A DNA stretch of 64,000 nt. Origin: Aureliella sp. GTDB lineage: Bacteria; Planctomycetota; Planctomycetia; Pirellulales; Pirellulaceae. Shown piece after piece: positions 63,310 to 64,000 of the stretch. The stretch's first letter is position 1, and each line of letters opens with the position of its first letter. Location: positions 2,560,001 through 2,624,000 of the forward strand of contig OY829846.1 of assembly GCA_963691875.1 (NCBI GenBank). The letters are read 5' to 3'. The notes beneath the pieces were generated by a model. That model was not told where the DNA came from and made no database searches. It saw nothing but the letters and a program-made list of their open reading frames with translations. The position numbers were made by a program, and so were the translations under genes.

Positions 63310-64000
63310 CTAAATCCTCGGGCTGGTTTCCTCAGCCGAGTACACCTCACCCACGGACTGCCCCAACTGGATCCATTTTGCGTCGCCATTCAGTCGAATC
63401 ATCACTTGATCATTCTGTACGTCCACCACAGCGATATCGTGTAGCGGCACAGGGACTTGCGCCCCGGCTGCCAATTGCACCGTCTGCTTCGAGGCTCCGA
63501 GCTTGAACCAAGCTTCGAGTTCTCCTCGACGATCTCGAGTGATCGCCTTGAGCTCAATATCGAACAACGCCTTGGCAAATCCTCGCGCGAACAGATTTCG
63601 ACGAACGAACTTGTCGTAGGAATCACGCGGAACCGATTCCTCTGGCAGCATCACCCAGTCACTGAGGTTCTCCTTCGACTCTGACTTTTGCAGGCTCAGC
63701 ACCTCGATGTTGGCGACGAAATCGACTTTGCCTCCCGAATTGAGCGGGTTCAGCGACAGGGAAGCGATTTTGTGTAGGTGCCCAGTCTGCCGAAACTCGT
63801 AAAGGAAGTCCGTAATTTTTGCGAGTGTCGATCGGGTGCGCAGTGTGAATGAGATACGATGTCCCAAAGTGTTTTTTTGACGTTGCTTCGTACGCGACTT
63901 GATCTGAATCGCGGAAGGCTGAGCCGCGTCAATTGATGGCGACTCCATCGCATGCTTGTCCACAAGAGCGAGGAGCCACTGCTGATACTTGGATCTAGCG
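63310..64000 (-). CDS. Hypothetical protein, possibly PilO/GspM-like (5'-partial)
   Basis: Frame is open to the window edge (ARSKYQQWLLALV...); ITDFLYEFRQTGHLHKIASLSL...IEVLSL ferredoxin-like PilO pattern. Confidence 0.55.
   Translation of the reverse strand, partial: ARSKYQQWLLALVDKHAMESPSIDAAQPSAIQIKSRTKQRQKNTLGHRISFTLRTRSTLAKITDFLYEFRQTGHLHKIASLSLNPLNSGGKVDFVANIEVLSLQKSESKENLSDWVMLPEESVPRDSYDKFVRRNLFARGFAKALFDIELKAITRDRRGELEAWFKLGASKQTVQLAAGAQVPVPLHDIAVVDVQNDQVMIRLNGDAKWIQLGQSVGEVYSAEETSPRI

Overview
This looks like a bacterial chromosome segment from a Planctomycetes (Pirellulaceae-like) organism, judged by DUF1501, PSD1/DUF1549-DUF1553, DUF1552/DUF1592, sulfatase, PEP-CTERM and planctomycete REP-like signatures. 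It has three zones. (1) 1-11.9 kb: planctomycete DUF clusters. (2) About 12-32.9 kb: a decaying accessory region downstream of the tmRNA gene (ssrA, 32931-33287, minus strand). It holds IS3/IS256/IS21 remnants, frameshifted genes, secreted proteins, a 14-bp copy of the ssrA 3' end, three related island-end sequences, and a hybrid histidine kinase with five near-identical 381-bp PAS repeats. (3) 33.7-64 kb: core-like genes (sahR-ahcY, class II DAHP synthase, VWA/MoxR, sulfatases, rbsK, ptrB). The most notable signal is two adjacent exported thiol-oxidoreductase genes (56710-58137 and 58191-58742) that the ORF track splits at in-frame TGA codons. Both TGAs sit at the catalytic Cys position and are followed by similar hairpins with a CGUG(U/A) loop, which points to a probable two-selenoprotein periplasmic redox operon. 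Family assignments come from recognising motifs by eye; no database searches were run.
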